DNA from: Candidatus Fervidifonticultor secundus
Lineage (GTDB): Bacteria; Sysuimicrobiota; Sysuimicrobiia; Sysuimicrobiales; Humicultoraceae
DNA length: 64,000 nt
Assembly: GCA_031459385.1 (NCBI GenBank)
Contig: JAVKIP010000004.1
Span: 1-64,000 of the forward strand
Reading direction: 5' to 3'
Positions 1 through 9,168 of this stretch are shown here, one piece after another. The translations under genes were made by a program, and so were the position numbers. Position 1 is the first letter of the stretch; each line of letters begins with the position of its first letter. The notes under the pieces are model-generated. The model was not told the DNA's origin, made no database searches, and saw only the letters and a list, made by a program, of their open reading frames with translations.

Positions 1-1080
1 GAATCCGCCGCCCAGGTGGCGGTCGTCTATTCGCAGCGCACCGCCGACTGGTATGCGCGCGCGGACGCGTTCCAGCGCTACGTCAGTCACTATCGGGGGT
101 GCTACGAGGCGCTCGTGCATGAGCATATTCCGTTCGATGTCGTGGAAGCCGAGCATCTGCGCGGCCTGCTCGCCCGCTATCGCGTGGTCATCTTGCCCAA
201 CGTGGCCTGCCTGGATGACGAGACGGCGTACGCGCTTGATCACTTCGTGGCCTGTGGCGGCCAGGTGATCGTCACACACGAGACGTCACTCTATGACAGG
301 GAGGGCGAGTTTCGCGGAGAGTTTGCGCTCAGGGCATTGGGCCGCCGGTTTTTGAAACGCCGGCTGATGCAGGGCGCATACCTGCTCTTGCGGGACCGGG
401 CGATGTTTGGGGAAGGGCTCGCGCACACCGACCTGATCGGTCTTGGCCTGGAGCAGCCGTACGGTGGCTTTGGCCCGTTCCTCCCGAGCGTTGACGTGGA
501 CCGTCCGGGCGGTGAGGGTGAGTTCGTCTTTACGGAACGCGCCGAGGGGCCCGGCCTGGCCGGGAGCGGTGGCGAAGGGAGCCAGCAGATCGTCGACCTC
601 CTCCTGTCAAACCCGGTCACGAACAACGTGCCTGAGTTCTCGTACTGGGAAGGCGAGACCGGCACGCCTGGGTTGGTCATCAACCGCTTCGGTCATGGCG
701 AGGCGGCGTATCTCCCGTGGGGCGTTGGGCGCCTGTACCATCTTTACGGCGTCCTGGAGTGCCGGCGGCTCATCGGGTGGCTGGTCGAGCGCGCGCTCGG
801 CGGCCGGCCGCTATGGACCGACGCGCCCATGTCTGTAGAGGCGGTGCTTGGCCGGTCCGGCTCGCGCACCATCGTGCACCTCATCAACGCAACCGGCCTC
901 GAGAGCAAGCCTCTGTTGGAGGCGATTCCCGTCGGTCCGGTGACGCTCTGGGTACGCGGTGCCGCGGTGTCCGCCCGGGGCTTGGTGTCCGGAGGGGCGC
1001 TCGAAGCGGTACGCGACGGCGACGGCGTGCGGATCACGCTCCCCCGCCTCGGCCCGTTCGAAGTGCTGGTAGTGGAATGA
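1..1080 (+). CDS. Glycoside hydrolase-associated protein with beta-galactosidase trimerization (GATase1-like) domain; 5' end lies outside the window
   Basis: Frame is open from base 1; 'G.YEALV..HIPFDVV...YRVVILPNVACL...FV..GG.VI.T.ETSLYD' and 'GEAAYLP' are typical of this domain. Confidence 0.6.
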   Translation, partial: ESAAQVAVVYSQRTADWYARADAFQRYVSHYRGCYEALVHEHIPFDVVEAEHLRGLLARYRVVILPNVACLDDETAYALDHFVACGGQVIVTHETSLYDREGEFRGEFALRALGRRFLKRRLMQGAYLLLRDRAMFGEGLAHTDLIGLGLEQPYGGFGPFLPSVDVDRPGGEGEFVFTERAEGPGLAGSGGEGSQQIVDLLLSNPVTNNVPEFSYWEGETGTPGLVINRFGHGEAAYLPWGVGRLYHLYGVLECRRLIGWLVERALGGRPLWTDAPMSVEAVLGRSGSRTIVHLINATGLESKPLLEAIPVGPVTLWVRGAAVSARGLVSGGALEAVRDGDGVRITLPRLGPFEVLVVE

Positions 1081-1429
1081 CCCGGTCGGCCCCGGTGGCA
1101 GATCCTGGCACCCGTGCGCGCCTGCGCGCCTCATTGCACCCGCGGAATCCTCTCCGTATACTCTGGGAAGGCCCGGGCCCCCTTGAGGTCTCGGCGTTCT
1201 GGCCAAAGATGCAGACACCACGCCCCGTGACCGGCGGAGCGGAGGAGGAGGTCGTGCACCCCGGCGAGACGTGGATGTTCGACTCGCTCTACAGGGTCGT
1301 GACCTGGACGCTCAAGGTGGTCCACATCCTGGGACCGACTGGCTTTCCCTACTACACACCCGTTGAGGTTACCTCGCACGGCGCTACTCACTGTCAGAAC
1401 CAATCCCCCTGGCGATCGAGCGCCGGCGG

Positions 1430-1725
1430 CTGTGCCTCGACGACCTGCAGGTGGGCATGACCTTCACCACGGCCGGCCGCACCGTGACCGAGGCCGACCT
1501 GGTGGCGTTTTCCGGAATCGCCGGCGGCTTCAACCCGCTGCACACCGCGCGCCGGTCTTCATCGGTGACACGCTGCACGTGGTGACCGAGATCACCGGCC
1601 TGCGGCCGACCTCGCGGCCCGACCGTGGGATCATGGAGCAGGTCGTGCGGGTGCGCAACCAGCGCGGCGAGGTCGTGGCCGAGGGTGAGTTCGTCAACAT
1701 GGTGCGGCGGCGCGGGGCGCCGTGA
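1430..1725 (+). pseudogene. MaoC/PaaZ-C family dehydratase remnant with internal deletion and frameshift
   Basis: The frame from 1430 reads LCLDDLQVGMTFTTAGRTVTEADLVAFSGIAGGFNPLHT. At about 1549 another frame continues APVFIGDTLHVVTEITGLRPTSRPDRGIMEQVVRVRNQRGEVV. The central 'FG.RIAHG' segment is missing and there is no clear start. Confidence 0.75.
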
Positions 1726-3041
1726 GCCGCGGGGAAGGACCTCCCGCGCGGCCCAGGCTGGCGGTGGCGCTCGGCGCTGTCCTGGTGCTGGCCGTGGCAC
1801 CGGGTACGGCGCAGGGCGCGGGCGCGGCGGCACCTGCGGCGGTCCCTCGCCGGGCGCTGTGGATCGAGACCTCGGCCAACCTGCGCACCCTCGCCAGCCG
1901 CGAGACGATCCGCGCCCTGGTGGCCAGGGCCCGCGCGGCCGGGATCGACACGCTGGTCCCCGAGGCGAAGAACGCCTGGGGCTACGTCATCTACGAGTCA
2001 GCGTTCGCCCCGCACATCCGCACCTCGCCCATCCCGCGCCCGGCCTATCCGGCTCCCCGGGAATGGTTTCCCCAGGACCACGACCCGCTGGCCGTGCTGA
2101 TCGACGAGGCGCACGCCGCGGGCCTGCGCGTCCACGCGGCGGTCAACGTCTTCGGCGAAGGTCTGGCCCTGGGCGGCGGGACGCCCACCATCGGTCTGGT
2201 GCACGACCGCCCGGAGTGGGAGAGCCTGCACCTGCGCGCCGGCGCTGACGGCCAGCCGGTCTTCGTGCCCTCGACGCGCGCCGTGACCATCGCGTTCGCG
2301 AACGCCGCCCATCCCGAAGTCGTGCTGTACCAGCTCGCGGTCCTGTGGGAAGTGCTGGGCCGCTACGCCGTCGACGGTATCGTCCTCGACCGCGCCCGCT
2401 TCGCGGGCTCCGATGCCGACTTCTCGCCGGTGAGCCGGGCGGGGTTCGAGGCGTACCTGGGGCGGCCGGTGGCCCGGTGGCCCGACGACGTGGCGCGGCC
2501 GGAAGGCGAGCGCCTGCGGCCAGGGCCGCTGTTCCGGCAGTGGGTCGCCTGGCGCGCGCGCGTGATCACGGCCTACGTGCGCGCCGCGCGCCAGCTGACC
2601 CGGCAGATGCGGCCGGGGCTGCCGGTGGGGATGTACGTCGGCGCCTGGTACCCCACGATCTACGAACTCGGTCAGAACTGGGCCCACCCCGACGCGCCCC
2701 GTCTGTTCCGCGCCTGGAGCCCGCAGTGGGCGCAGGCGAGCCTGCTGCCCTTCGTGGACTACGTGATGATCGGCCTCTACTATCGCCCGATCACCCCGGC
2801 CGAGGTGGTGCAGCAGGGCGGCGTCTGGTGGCGCAGCGTCGCGGGCGGGGCGGCACTCGCCCGGCAGCTCGCCGGCCCGACCCCGCTCATGGGCAGCCTC
2901 TGGCTCAACCTCTACCGGGCCGACCGCGCGCGGGGCGAGGCGGCGATCCGCGCCGCGGTGCGCCACACCGACGGCCTCATGGTGTTCGACCTGTCGGACG
3001 TGGAAGCCGAGGGCTGGTGGCCGGCCCTGGGGCAGCGGTAG
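1722..3041 (+). CDS. Exported glycoside hydrolase-like protein (GHL10/DUF187, YddW-like)
   Basis: Signal-peptide-like N-terminus; 'RALWI', 'DPLAVLIDEAHAAGLRVHA', 'YAVDGIVLDRARF'. Confidence 0.75.
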   Translation: MSRGEGPPARPRLAVALGAVLVLAVAPGTAQGAGAAAPAAVPRRALWIETSANLRTLASRETIRALVARARAAGIDTLVPEAKNAWGYVIYESAFAPHIRTSPIPRPAYPAPREWFPQDHDPLAVLIDEAHAAGLRVHAAVNVFGEGLALGGGTPTIGLVHDRPEWESLHLRAGADGQPVFVPSTRAVTIAFANAAHPEVVLYQLAVLWEVLGRYAVDGIVLDRARFAGSDADFSPVSRAGFEAYLGRPVARWPDDVARPEGERLRPGPLFRQWVAWRARVITAYVRAARQLTRQMRPGLPVGMYVGAWYPTIYELGQNWAHPDAPRLFRAWSPQWAQASLLPFVDYVMIGLYYRPITPAEVVQQGGVWWRSVAGGAALARQLAGPTPLMGSLWLNLYRADRARGEAAIRAAVRHTDGLMVFDLSDVEAEGWWPALGQR

Positions 3042-3075
3042 CGGCAGGAGCGCGGGGCCCGCGCGGCGAACCTGC

Positions 3076-3112
3076 TGTTCAGTACCTCGAACCCTGTTCG
3101 ACAGGTCGAACA
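3076..3112. promoter_or_regulatory. Tandem GTTC-N8-GAAC palindromes, probable IclR operator
   Basis: Perfect TGTTCGAC-AG-GTCGAACA at 3095-3112 overlapping the iclR ATG; weaker copy GTTC-AGTACCTC-GAAC at 3077-3092. Confidence 0.7.
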
Positions 3113-4005
3113 TGCCACGTCTCCGGGCACAGGCCGCCACCTCGCGGCGCAGGCCGCGCACGGTCCCCGCCGTGGAGCGCGCCGTGCGCGTGCTGCGGGC
3201 GCTGGCCGCCGACGGCGCCGCGCCGCGCCTCTCCGACCTCGGTCGCACGCTGGGCCTGAGCAAGAGCACGCTCTCGGACCTGCTGGCCACCCTTGCGTCC
3301 CACGGCCTCGTCGAGCGCGACGGCGACTCCCAGGGCTACCGCCTGGGACCGACGCTGCTCGAACTGGGCAGCGCGGCGCTGCGCCATCTCGACGTGGCCC
3401 AGCTCGCCCGGCCGTATCTCGCGCGGCTGCGCGACGCCATCGGCGAGACCGCGGTGCTCCACGTCCCGGCCGACGACGCGGCCCTCATCGTGGCGCGCGC
3501 CGAGTCCCACCACGATCTCATGGTGGCGGCCCCGCTCGGCCACCGGCTGCCGCCGCTGGCCGGCGCGGTGGCCAAGGTGCTGCTGGCCGACCGGCCGGAG
3601 GCCGACGTGGTGGCGCGGCTGCGCAGTCGGCTGCCGGCCTTCACACCGAAGAGCATCACCGCCCCGGGGCGCTACGTGCAGGAGCTGCGGCGGGTGCGCC
3701 GGCTGGGCTACGCGGTCGACGACGAGGAGTACCTGCCGGGCGTGCGCGCGGTCTCGGCGCCGGTGCGCGACGCGCGCGGGCGCGTGGTGGCCACGCTGAC
3801 GGTCGTCGGGTCGAGCGCGCGGCTGCCCCGCGGTCGTCTCGGCGCGGTCGCCGACGCGGTGGTGGCTGCCGCCACGGCGCTGTCGCGCCGCCTCGGGGCG
3901 CCGGCCGATGCGCCACCGCCGACCGGCGCGGGGCCGGGGGCCGGCGCGGGCAGACCCGCTGGCGGGCGCGCGGCGCTGCCGGCCAGGCGCTCCGCAGGAG
4001 GCTAG
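3112..4005 (+). CDS. IclR family transcriptional regulator
   Basis: 'VPAVERAVRVL', HTH 'LGLSKSTLSDLLATL', C-terminal 'GYAVDDEEYLPGVRAVSAPV'. Confidence 0.92.
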   Translation: MPRLRAQAATSRRRPRTVPAVERAVRVLRALAADGAAPRLSDLGRTLGLSKSTLSDLLATLASHGLVERDGDSQGYRLGPTLLELGSAALRHLDVAQLARPYLARLRDAIGETAVLHVPADDAALIVARAESHHDLMVAAPLGHRLPPLAGAVAKVLLADRPEADVVARLRSRLPAFTPKSITAPGRYVQELRRVRRLGYAVDDEEYLPGVRAVSAPVRDARGRVVATLTVVGSSARLPRGRLGAVADAVVAAATALSRRLGAPADAPPPTGAGPGAGAGRPAGGRAALPARRSAGG

Positions 4006-4007
4006 AG

Positions 4008-4508
4008 ATGCCCAAGACCCTGGTCACGCTGCGGGTCAATGGCGAGGTGCACGAGGTCGCCGTCCCGGTGCACAAGACGCTGCTGGAGGTCCTGCGCGAG
4101 GACCTGCTGCTCACCGGCACCAAGCACGGGTGCGAGCTGGGCGAGTGCGGCACGTGCACGGTGCTGGTGGACGGCGAGCCCTGGCTGTCGTGCCTGACCC
4201 TCCCGGTCGAGGTCGAAGGCCGCGAGATCCTGACGGTGGAGGGCCTGGCGCAAGACGGCCGGCCCCATCCGCTGCAGACCACGTTCGCCGACCTGGGCGC
4301 CGCGCAGTGCGGGTATTGCACGCCCGGCATCCTGATGACCGCCAGGGCGCTGCTCGACGCCACCCCGCAGCCCACCCGCGCCGAGATCGCGCAGGCGCTG
4401 GCGGGCAACCTCTGCCGGTGCACGGGCTACGTGAAGATCTTCGAGGCCGTGGAACTGGCGGCGCACCGGATGGCGACCGCGCGCGGCGGCGCCGAGGGGG
4501 GCGCATAG
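4008..4508 (+). CDS. hcrC: 2x[2Fe-2S] subunit of a xanthine oxidase-family enzyme (4-hydroxybenzoyl-CoA reductase gamma-like)
   Basis: 'GTKHGCELGECGTCTV', 'QCGYCTPG', 'GNLCRCTGY'. Confidence 0.8.
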   Translation: MPKTLVTLRVNGEVHEVAVPVHKTLLEVLREDLLLTGTKHGCELGECGTCTVLVDGEPWLSCLTLPVEVEGREILTVEGLAQDGRPHPLQTTFADLGAAQCGYCTPGILMTARALLDATPQPTRAEIAQALAGNLCRCTGYVKIFEAVELAAHRMATARGGAEGGA

Positions 4509-4509
4509 G

Positions 4510-6897
4510 ATGGCTCACGACTTTTCCATCATCGGCCGCCCGCTGCCGCGGGTCGATGGGCCGGCCAAGGCCGCCGGGCAGACCCGCTTCGCCGACGACC
4601 TGCACCTGCCCCGCATGCTCTACGGCCGCCTGCTGCGCAGCGTGCACGCCCACGCGCGCATCGTGCGGATCGACACCAGCCGCGCTCGGGCGCTGCCGGG
4701 GGTGCTGGCGGTGCTCACCGGGGCCGACCTGCCCGTGAAGTTCGGCATCCTGCCCGTCAGCCAGGACGAGCACGCGCTGTGCGTGGACAGGGTGCGGTTC
4801 GTCGGGGACCCGGTGGCGGCGGTGGCCGCGGTCGACGAGGAGACCGCGGAGCGGGCGCTGGAGCTGATCGACGTGGAGTACGACCCGCTCCCGGCGATCA
4901 TGACCATCGAGGACGCCCTGCGGCGCGACGACGTGCGCATCCACGACTACGGCGACGGACCGGCCAACGTCCACAAGATGGTGGCCCTCGAGTTCGGCGA
5001 CGTGGAGGAGGGCTTCCGCGAGGCCGCCTACGTCTGCGAGGATGTGTTCTACTTCGAGGGCAGCACGCACCTGCCCATGGAGCAGCACGCGGCCGTGGCG
5101 TCGTACGAGGCCGACGGTAAGCTCACGGTCTGGTCGGCGACCCAGACTCCGCACTACGTCCACCGTGCCTTAGCGAAGGTCCTGGAGTACCCGCCCAGCC
5201 GCATCCGTGTCATCGCCACGCCCGTGGGCGGCGGGTTCGGCGGCAAGTCCGACCCCTTCTCGCACGAGATCGTCGCGGCCCGGCTGGCGATGCTGACCGG
5301 CCGGCCGGTCAAGATCACCTGCACCCGCGAGGAGGTCTTCTACATCCACCGGGGGCGGCATCCGGTGCTGATGTGGGTGAAGACCGGCTTCAGCCGCGAC
5401 GGCCGCATCACCGCCATGCACTTCAAGTCGTTCCTCGACGGCGGCGCGTACGGCTCCTACGGTGTGGCCACTACCTACTACACGGGTGCCCTGCAGCCCA
5501 CGACCTACCGCATCCCGCGCTACAGGTTCGAGGGGCTGCGCGTCTTCACCAACAAGCCACCGTGCGGACCCAAGCGCGGCCACGGCACGCCGCAGCCGCG
5601 CTTCGCGCTCGAGTGTCACCTGGATAAGGCCGCCGCGGCCCTGGGGCTCGATCCGGTCGAGCTGCGTCGGCGGAACCTGGTCGAGCCGCACTCTATGACC
5701 GTCAACCACCTGCGCATCACCAGCTGCGGCCTGCGGGAGTGCATCGACAGGGTCGTGGAGGCCTCGGGATACCTGGCCCGCCGCGGGCGGCTGCCCGCGG
5801 GCAGGGGGCTGGGCTTCGCCGTCAGCGCCTACCTCTGCGGCGCCGGCCTGCCGATCTACTGGAACGAGATGCCCCAGTCGGAGGTCCAGATCAAGATCGA
5901 CCGCGGCGGTGGGGTCACCGTCTACTCCATGGCCATCGACATCGGCCAGGGCTCGGACTCGGTGCTGGCCTCCACGGTGGCGGAGGTGCTGGGCATCGAG
6001 CCCGCCGACGTCGCCCTGGTCACCGCCGACACCGACCTGACGCCCATCGACCTGGGCTCGTACTCGAGCCGGGTGACGTTCATGGCCGGCAACGCGGCCC
6101 TGGAGGCCGCGCAGAAGATGCGCGACCTGGTCTTCGCGGCCGTGGCGGAGAAGCTGGAGGTGCCCGCCGAGTTGCTGGCGGCCCGGGGCCGCCGCATCTT
6201 CAACCGCGAGAAGCCCGACATGGGGGTCGACTGGCCTGAGGCCGTGCGCCTGGCCGAGGCGCGATGGGGCCTGCTGCTCACCTCGGGGTCGTACCGGGCG
6301 CCGAAGCTGGCCGGGCCCTACAAGGGGTCGGGCGTGGGGCCGTCGCCGGCGTACTCGTACACGGCGTGCGTGGTCGAGGTGACCTGCGACGCCGAGACCG
6401 GCTGGGTCACCGTCGACCGCGTGTGGATCGCCCACGACATCGGCCGCGCGATCAACCCGCTCTTGGTCGAGGGCCAGGTCGAGGGCAGCGTCTACATGGC
6501 CCTGGGCGAGGCGCTCATGGAAGAACAGGTCTTCCGCCGCGGCGTGCACAAGTTCCCGTCGATGCTGGAGTACAAGAGCCCTACGATACTGGAGACGCCC
6601 CAGATCCACACGTTCCTGGTGGAGACGGTCGACCCCGAGGGACCGTTCGGCGCCAAGGAGGCCGGGCAGGGGCCGCTGCTGCCCGTGATTCCCGCCGTGG
6701 CTAATGCCGTGGCTGATGCGCTGGGGGTGCGGATCGACGAGGTCCCGATCACGCCCGACAAGGTGCTGGCCGCGCTGGCCGACCGGCGCAAGGGCGGGCC
6801 CGGCCGCGTGGGGCCCTCGGGTGTGCCCGCCGTGCGGTTCAAAGATCCCATTCGCGTCGAGCCGCCGGCGGGCTGGCAGCGGGTGACCGCACCATGA
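4510..6897 (+). CDS. hcrA: Molybdopterin-binding subunit (4-hydroxybenzoyl-CoA reductase alpha-like)
   Basis: XDH-family motifs 'GGGFGGK', 'DIGQGS', 'DLGSYSSRVTFMAGNA', 'GPFGAKE'; C-A-B gene order. Confidence 0.78.
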   Translation: MAHDFSIIGRPLPRVDGPAKAAGQTRFADDLHLPRMLYGRLLRSVHAHARIVRIDTSRARALPGVLAVLTGADLPVKFGILPVSQDEHALCVDRVRFVGDPVAAVAAVDEETAERALELIDVEYDPLPAIMTIEDALRRDDVRIHDYGDGPANVHKMVALEFGDVEEGFREAAYVCEDVFYFEGSTHLPMEQHAAVASYEADGKLTVWSATQTPHYVHRALAKVLEYPPSRIRVIATPVGGGFGGKSDPFSHEIVAARLAMLTGRPVKITCTREEVFYIHRGRHPVLMWVKTGFSRDGRITAMHFKSFLDGGAYGSYGVATTYYTGALQPTTYRIPRYRFEGLRVFTNKPPCGPKRGHGTPQPRFALECHLDKAAAALGLDPVELRRRNLVEPHSMTVNHLRITSCGLRECIDRVVEASGYLARRGRLPAGRGLGFAVSAYLCGAGLPIYWNEMPQSEVQIKIDRGGGVTVYSMAIDIGQGSDSVLASTVAEVLGIEPADVALVTADTDLTPIDLGSYSSRVTFMAGNAALEAAQKMRDLVFAAVAEKLEVPAELLAARGRRIFNREKPDMGVDWPEAVRLAEARWGLLLTSGSYRAPKLAGPYKGSGVGPSPAYSYTACVVEVTCDAETGWVTVDRVWIAHDIGRAINPLLVEGQVEGSVYMALGEALMEEQVFRRGVHKFPSMLEYKSPTILETPQIHTFLVETVDPEGPFGAKEAGQGPLLPVIPAVANAVADALGVRIDEVPITPDKVLAALADRRKGGPGRVGPSGVPAVRFKDPIRVEPPAGWQRVTAP

Positions 6898-7904
6898 TGC
6901 GGCTGCCCCCGTTCGCCTACCTGGCGCCGCGGACGCTGGACGACGCCGTACGCCTGCTGGCCGACCACGGGCCCGACGCCATGCCCGTGGCCGGCGGCAC
7001 CGACCTCTACCCGAACATGAAGCGCCGCCAGTGCCAGCCGAAGGTGCTGGTCGGCCTGCGGGGCCTGCGCGACCTGCAGGGGGTCGCCCCAGATGCCGGC
7101 GGGCTGCGGGTCGGCGCCGGGGTCGTGCTGCGGCGCTTCCTCGAGCACCCGGCGGTCGTGCAGCGGTACCCGATCCTGGCTCGCGCCGCGGCCACGATCT
7201 CGAACCCGCAGATCCGCTGCATGGGCACGGTCGGCGGCAACCTGCTGGTCGACACGCGGTGCAACTACTACAACATGCCGTACTGGTGGCGGCGGGCCAT
7301 CAATTTTTGCATGAAGAAGGATGGCGACGTCTGCTGGGTGGCACCCGGCGGCCACCGCTGCTGGGCGGTCTCGTCGTCGGACCTTGCCCCGGTGATGGTC
7401 GCCCTCGACGCGCGGGTCCGCCTGGTGGGCGCCGGCGGCGAGCGCACGGTGGCGGCCGCCGACCTCTACCGCGACGACGGCATCGCCTACCTGGCCAAGG
7501 CGCCCGACGAGGTGCTGGTCGAGGCGCTCGTGCCGCCCGCCGACGGCCTGCGCGCCACCTACTGGAAGCTGCGCCGCCGCGGTGCCATCGACTTCCCCAT
7601 CCTGGGGGTCGCCGCGGCGGTGCGGCTCGAGCCTGACGGCACGTGTGGCCACGCCCGGGTGGTGCTGGGCGCCGTGGCCTCGCAGCCGCTGCGCAGCCCG
7701 GCGGCCGAGCGGCTGCTGCTGGGCCAGCGTCTCACCCCCGAGGTGATCGACGCGGCGGCCGAGGCGGCCTGGAAGCCGTCGAAACCCCTGGACAACACCG
7801 ACCTGACCCTGGGCTACCGGAAGGCAATGGTGCGGGTGTACGTGCGGCGCGCCCTGCGCGAGCTGGCCGGGCTGCCGTCGGACGGCGCACCGCCGCAGGT
7901 GTAG
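6894..7904 (+). CDS. hcrB: FAD-binding subunit with [4Fe-4S] insertion (4-hydroxybenzoyl-CoA reductase beta-like)
   Basis: 'AGGTDL', 'TVGGN', plus 4-Cys insert DTRC-NYYN...FC-MKKDGDVC-WVAPGGHRC characteristic of HcrB. Confidence 0.82.
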   Translation: MMRLPPFAYLAPRTLDDAVRLLADHGPDAMPVAGGTDLYPNMKRRQCQPKVLVGLRGLRDLQGVAPDAGGLRVGAGVVLRRFLEHPAVVQRYPILARAAATISNPQIRCMGTVGGNLLVDTRCNYYNMPYWWRRAINFCMKKDGDVCWVAPGGHRCWAVSSSDLAPVMVALDARVRLVGAGGERTVAAADLYRDDGIAYLAKAPDEVLVEALVPPADGLRATYWKLRRRGAIDFPILGVAAAVRLEPDGTCGHARVVLGAVASQPLRSPAAERLLLGQRLTPEVIDAAAEAAWKPSKPLDNTDLTLGYRKAMVRVYVRRALRELAGLPSDGAPPQV

Positions 7905-7923
7905 GAGGCGCTCGTGGGCCAGG

Positions 7924-7964
7924 GCCGCGCGCCGCCCCGAGCCGCGCGCCGCCCCGAGCCGCGC
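7924..7964. repeat. 17-bp tandem repeat (GCCGCGCGCCGCCCCGA, about 2.4 copies)
   Basis: Read directly in the hcrB to metE-like intergenic region. Confidence 0.7.
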
Positions 7965-8065
7965 ACACCGCCAGCCAATCGGGGCGCCTGAGAGGATGTC
8001 CGCGCGGCGAACCGAAGATTCCTGACGCCGTCACGCGACTGGTCGAGGGGAAGGAGGGGCGCACC

Positions 8066-9160
8066 ATGGGCGCACCGTATCGGGCTGACCACGTCGGCAG
8101 TTTCCTGCGTCCCCCCGAACTGCTGGAGGCCCGGGCGCAGGGCGCGGACCGGGAGCACCTGCGCGAGCTGGAGGACCGGCACATCCTGCGCGTGCTGGTG
8201 CGGCAGCAGGAGCTGGGCTTCGAGGTGTTCACCGACGGCGAGTTCCGCCGCCGCAACTTCATGAGCGACCTGGTCGAGGCCGTCGAGGGCTTCGACCTTC
8301 ACGACGAGATCGGCCGGCCCTGGAAGGGCACCGGGACCGCCGTGGCGCCGGCCAGCGTCACCGGCATCGTCACCGCGAAGCTGCGCCAGGTGCGGCGCAT
8401 GACCGCGCACGAGGTGGCGTTCATGCGGGCGCACTGCCCGGGCGCCATCAAGATCACACTGCCCAGCGCGAACCAGTTCCCCGCCATCGCGTTCAAGCGC
8501 GGGGTGACCGACCGCGTCTACCCCGACCACTCGGCGCTGCTGTGGGACATCGTCCCCGTGGTGCAGGCCGAGATCCAGGCGCTGCTGGCCGACGGGGTCC
8601 ACTACATCCAGGTCGACGCGCCGCGCTACAGCTACTACGTCGACCCCAGGTGGCGGGCCTACATCCGGAACGAAGTAGGGATGGAGCCCGAGGCCGCTCT
8701 GGAAGAGGCGATCCGCGCCGACAACACCTGCCTGGAGGGCGCGCGCGGGCGGGGCGCGGTGATCGGCTTCCACCTGTGCCGCGGCAACAACCGCAGCCAG
8801 TGGTACGCCGAGGGCGGCTACGACGCCATCGCCGAGCGCCTCTTCGGCGGCCTGCAGGTCGACCGCTTCCTGCTCGAGTACGACGACGAGCGCTCGGGCA
8901 CGTTCGAGCCGCTGCGGTTCGTCCCTGCCGACAAGACCGTGGTGCTCGGGCTGGTGAGCACCAAGCGGCCCCAGCTCGAATCCAAAGCCACGCTGCTGCG
9001 GCGCATTGAAGAGGCCGCGCGCTACGTGCCGCTCGACCGGCTGGCGATGAGCCCGCAGTGCGGCTTTGCCTCCGTGATGGAAGGCAACCTGCTCTCCGAG
9101 GACGACCAGTGGGCGAAGCTCCGCCTGGTGGTGGAGACGGCGCGCGAGGTCTGGGGCTAG
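8066..9160 (+). CDS. Cobalamin-independent methionine synthase II family protein (MetE catalytic core only, YxjH/MesD-like)
   Basis: RBS AAGGAGG; 'DHVGSFLRP', 'TDGEFRR', Zn ligands 'HLCRGN', 'LEYD', 'SPQCGFAS'. Confidence 0.85.
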   Translation: MGAPYRADHVGSFLRPPELLEARAQGADREHLRELEDRHILRVLVRQQELGFEVFTDGEFRRRNFMSDLVEAVEGFDLHDEIGRPWKGTGTAVAPASVTGIVTAKLRQVRRMTAHEVAFMRAHCPGAIKITLPSANQFPAIAFKRGVTDRVYPDHSALLWDIVPVVQAEIQALLADGVHYIQVDAPRYSYYVDPRWRAYIRNEVGMEPEAALEEAIRADNTCLEGARGRGAVIGFHLCRGNNRSQWYAEGGYDAIAERLFGGLQVDRFLLEYDDERSGTFEPLRFVPADKTVVLGLVSTKRPQLESKATLLRRIEEAARYVPLDRLAMSPQCGFASVMEGNLLSEDDQWAKLRLVVETAREVWG

Positions 9161-9168
9161 CGGCCGCG

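Noticed and set aside
4008..7904. Aerobic CO dehydrogenase or xanthine dehydrogenase
   Set aside because: No AYxCSFR loop; the FAD subunit has the HcrB-type 4-Cys insert and the context is aryl-CoA metabolism
7975..8065. Possible TPP/SAM/B12 riboswitch before the MetE-like gene (GGGGCGCCTGAGAG)
   Set aside because: Only the CTGAGA fragment matches TPP; the remaining conserved elements of all three classes are absent
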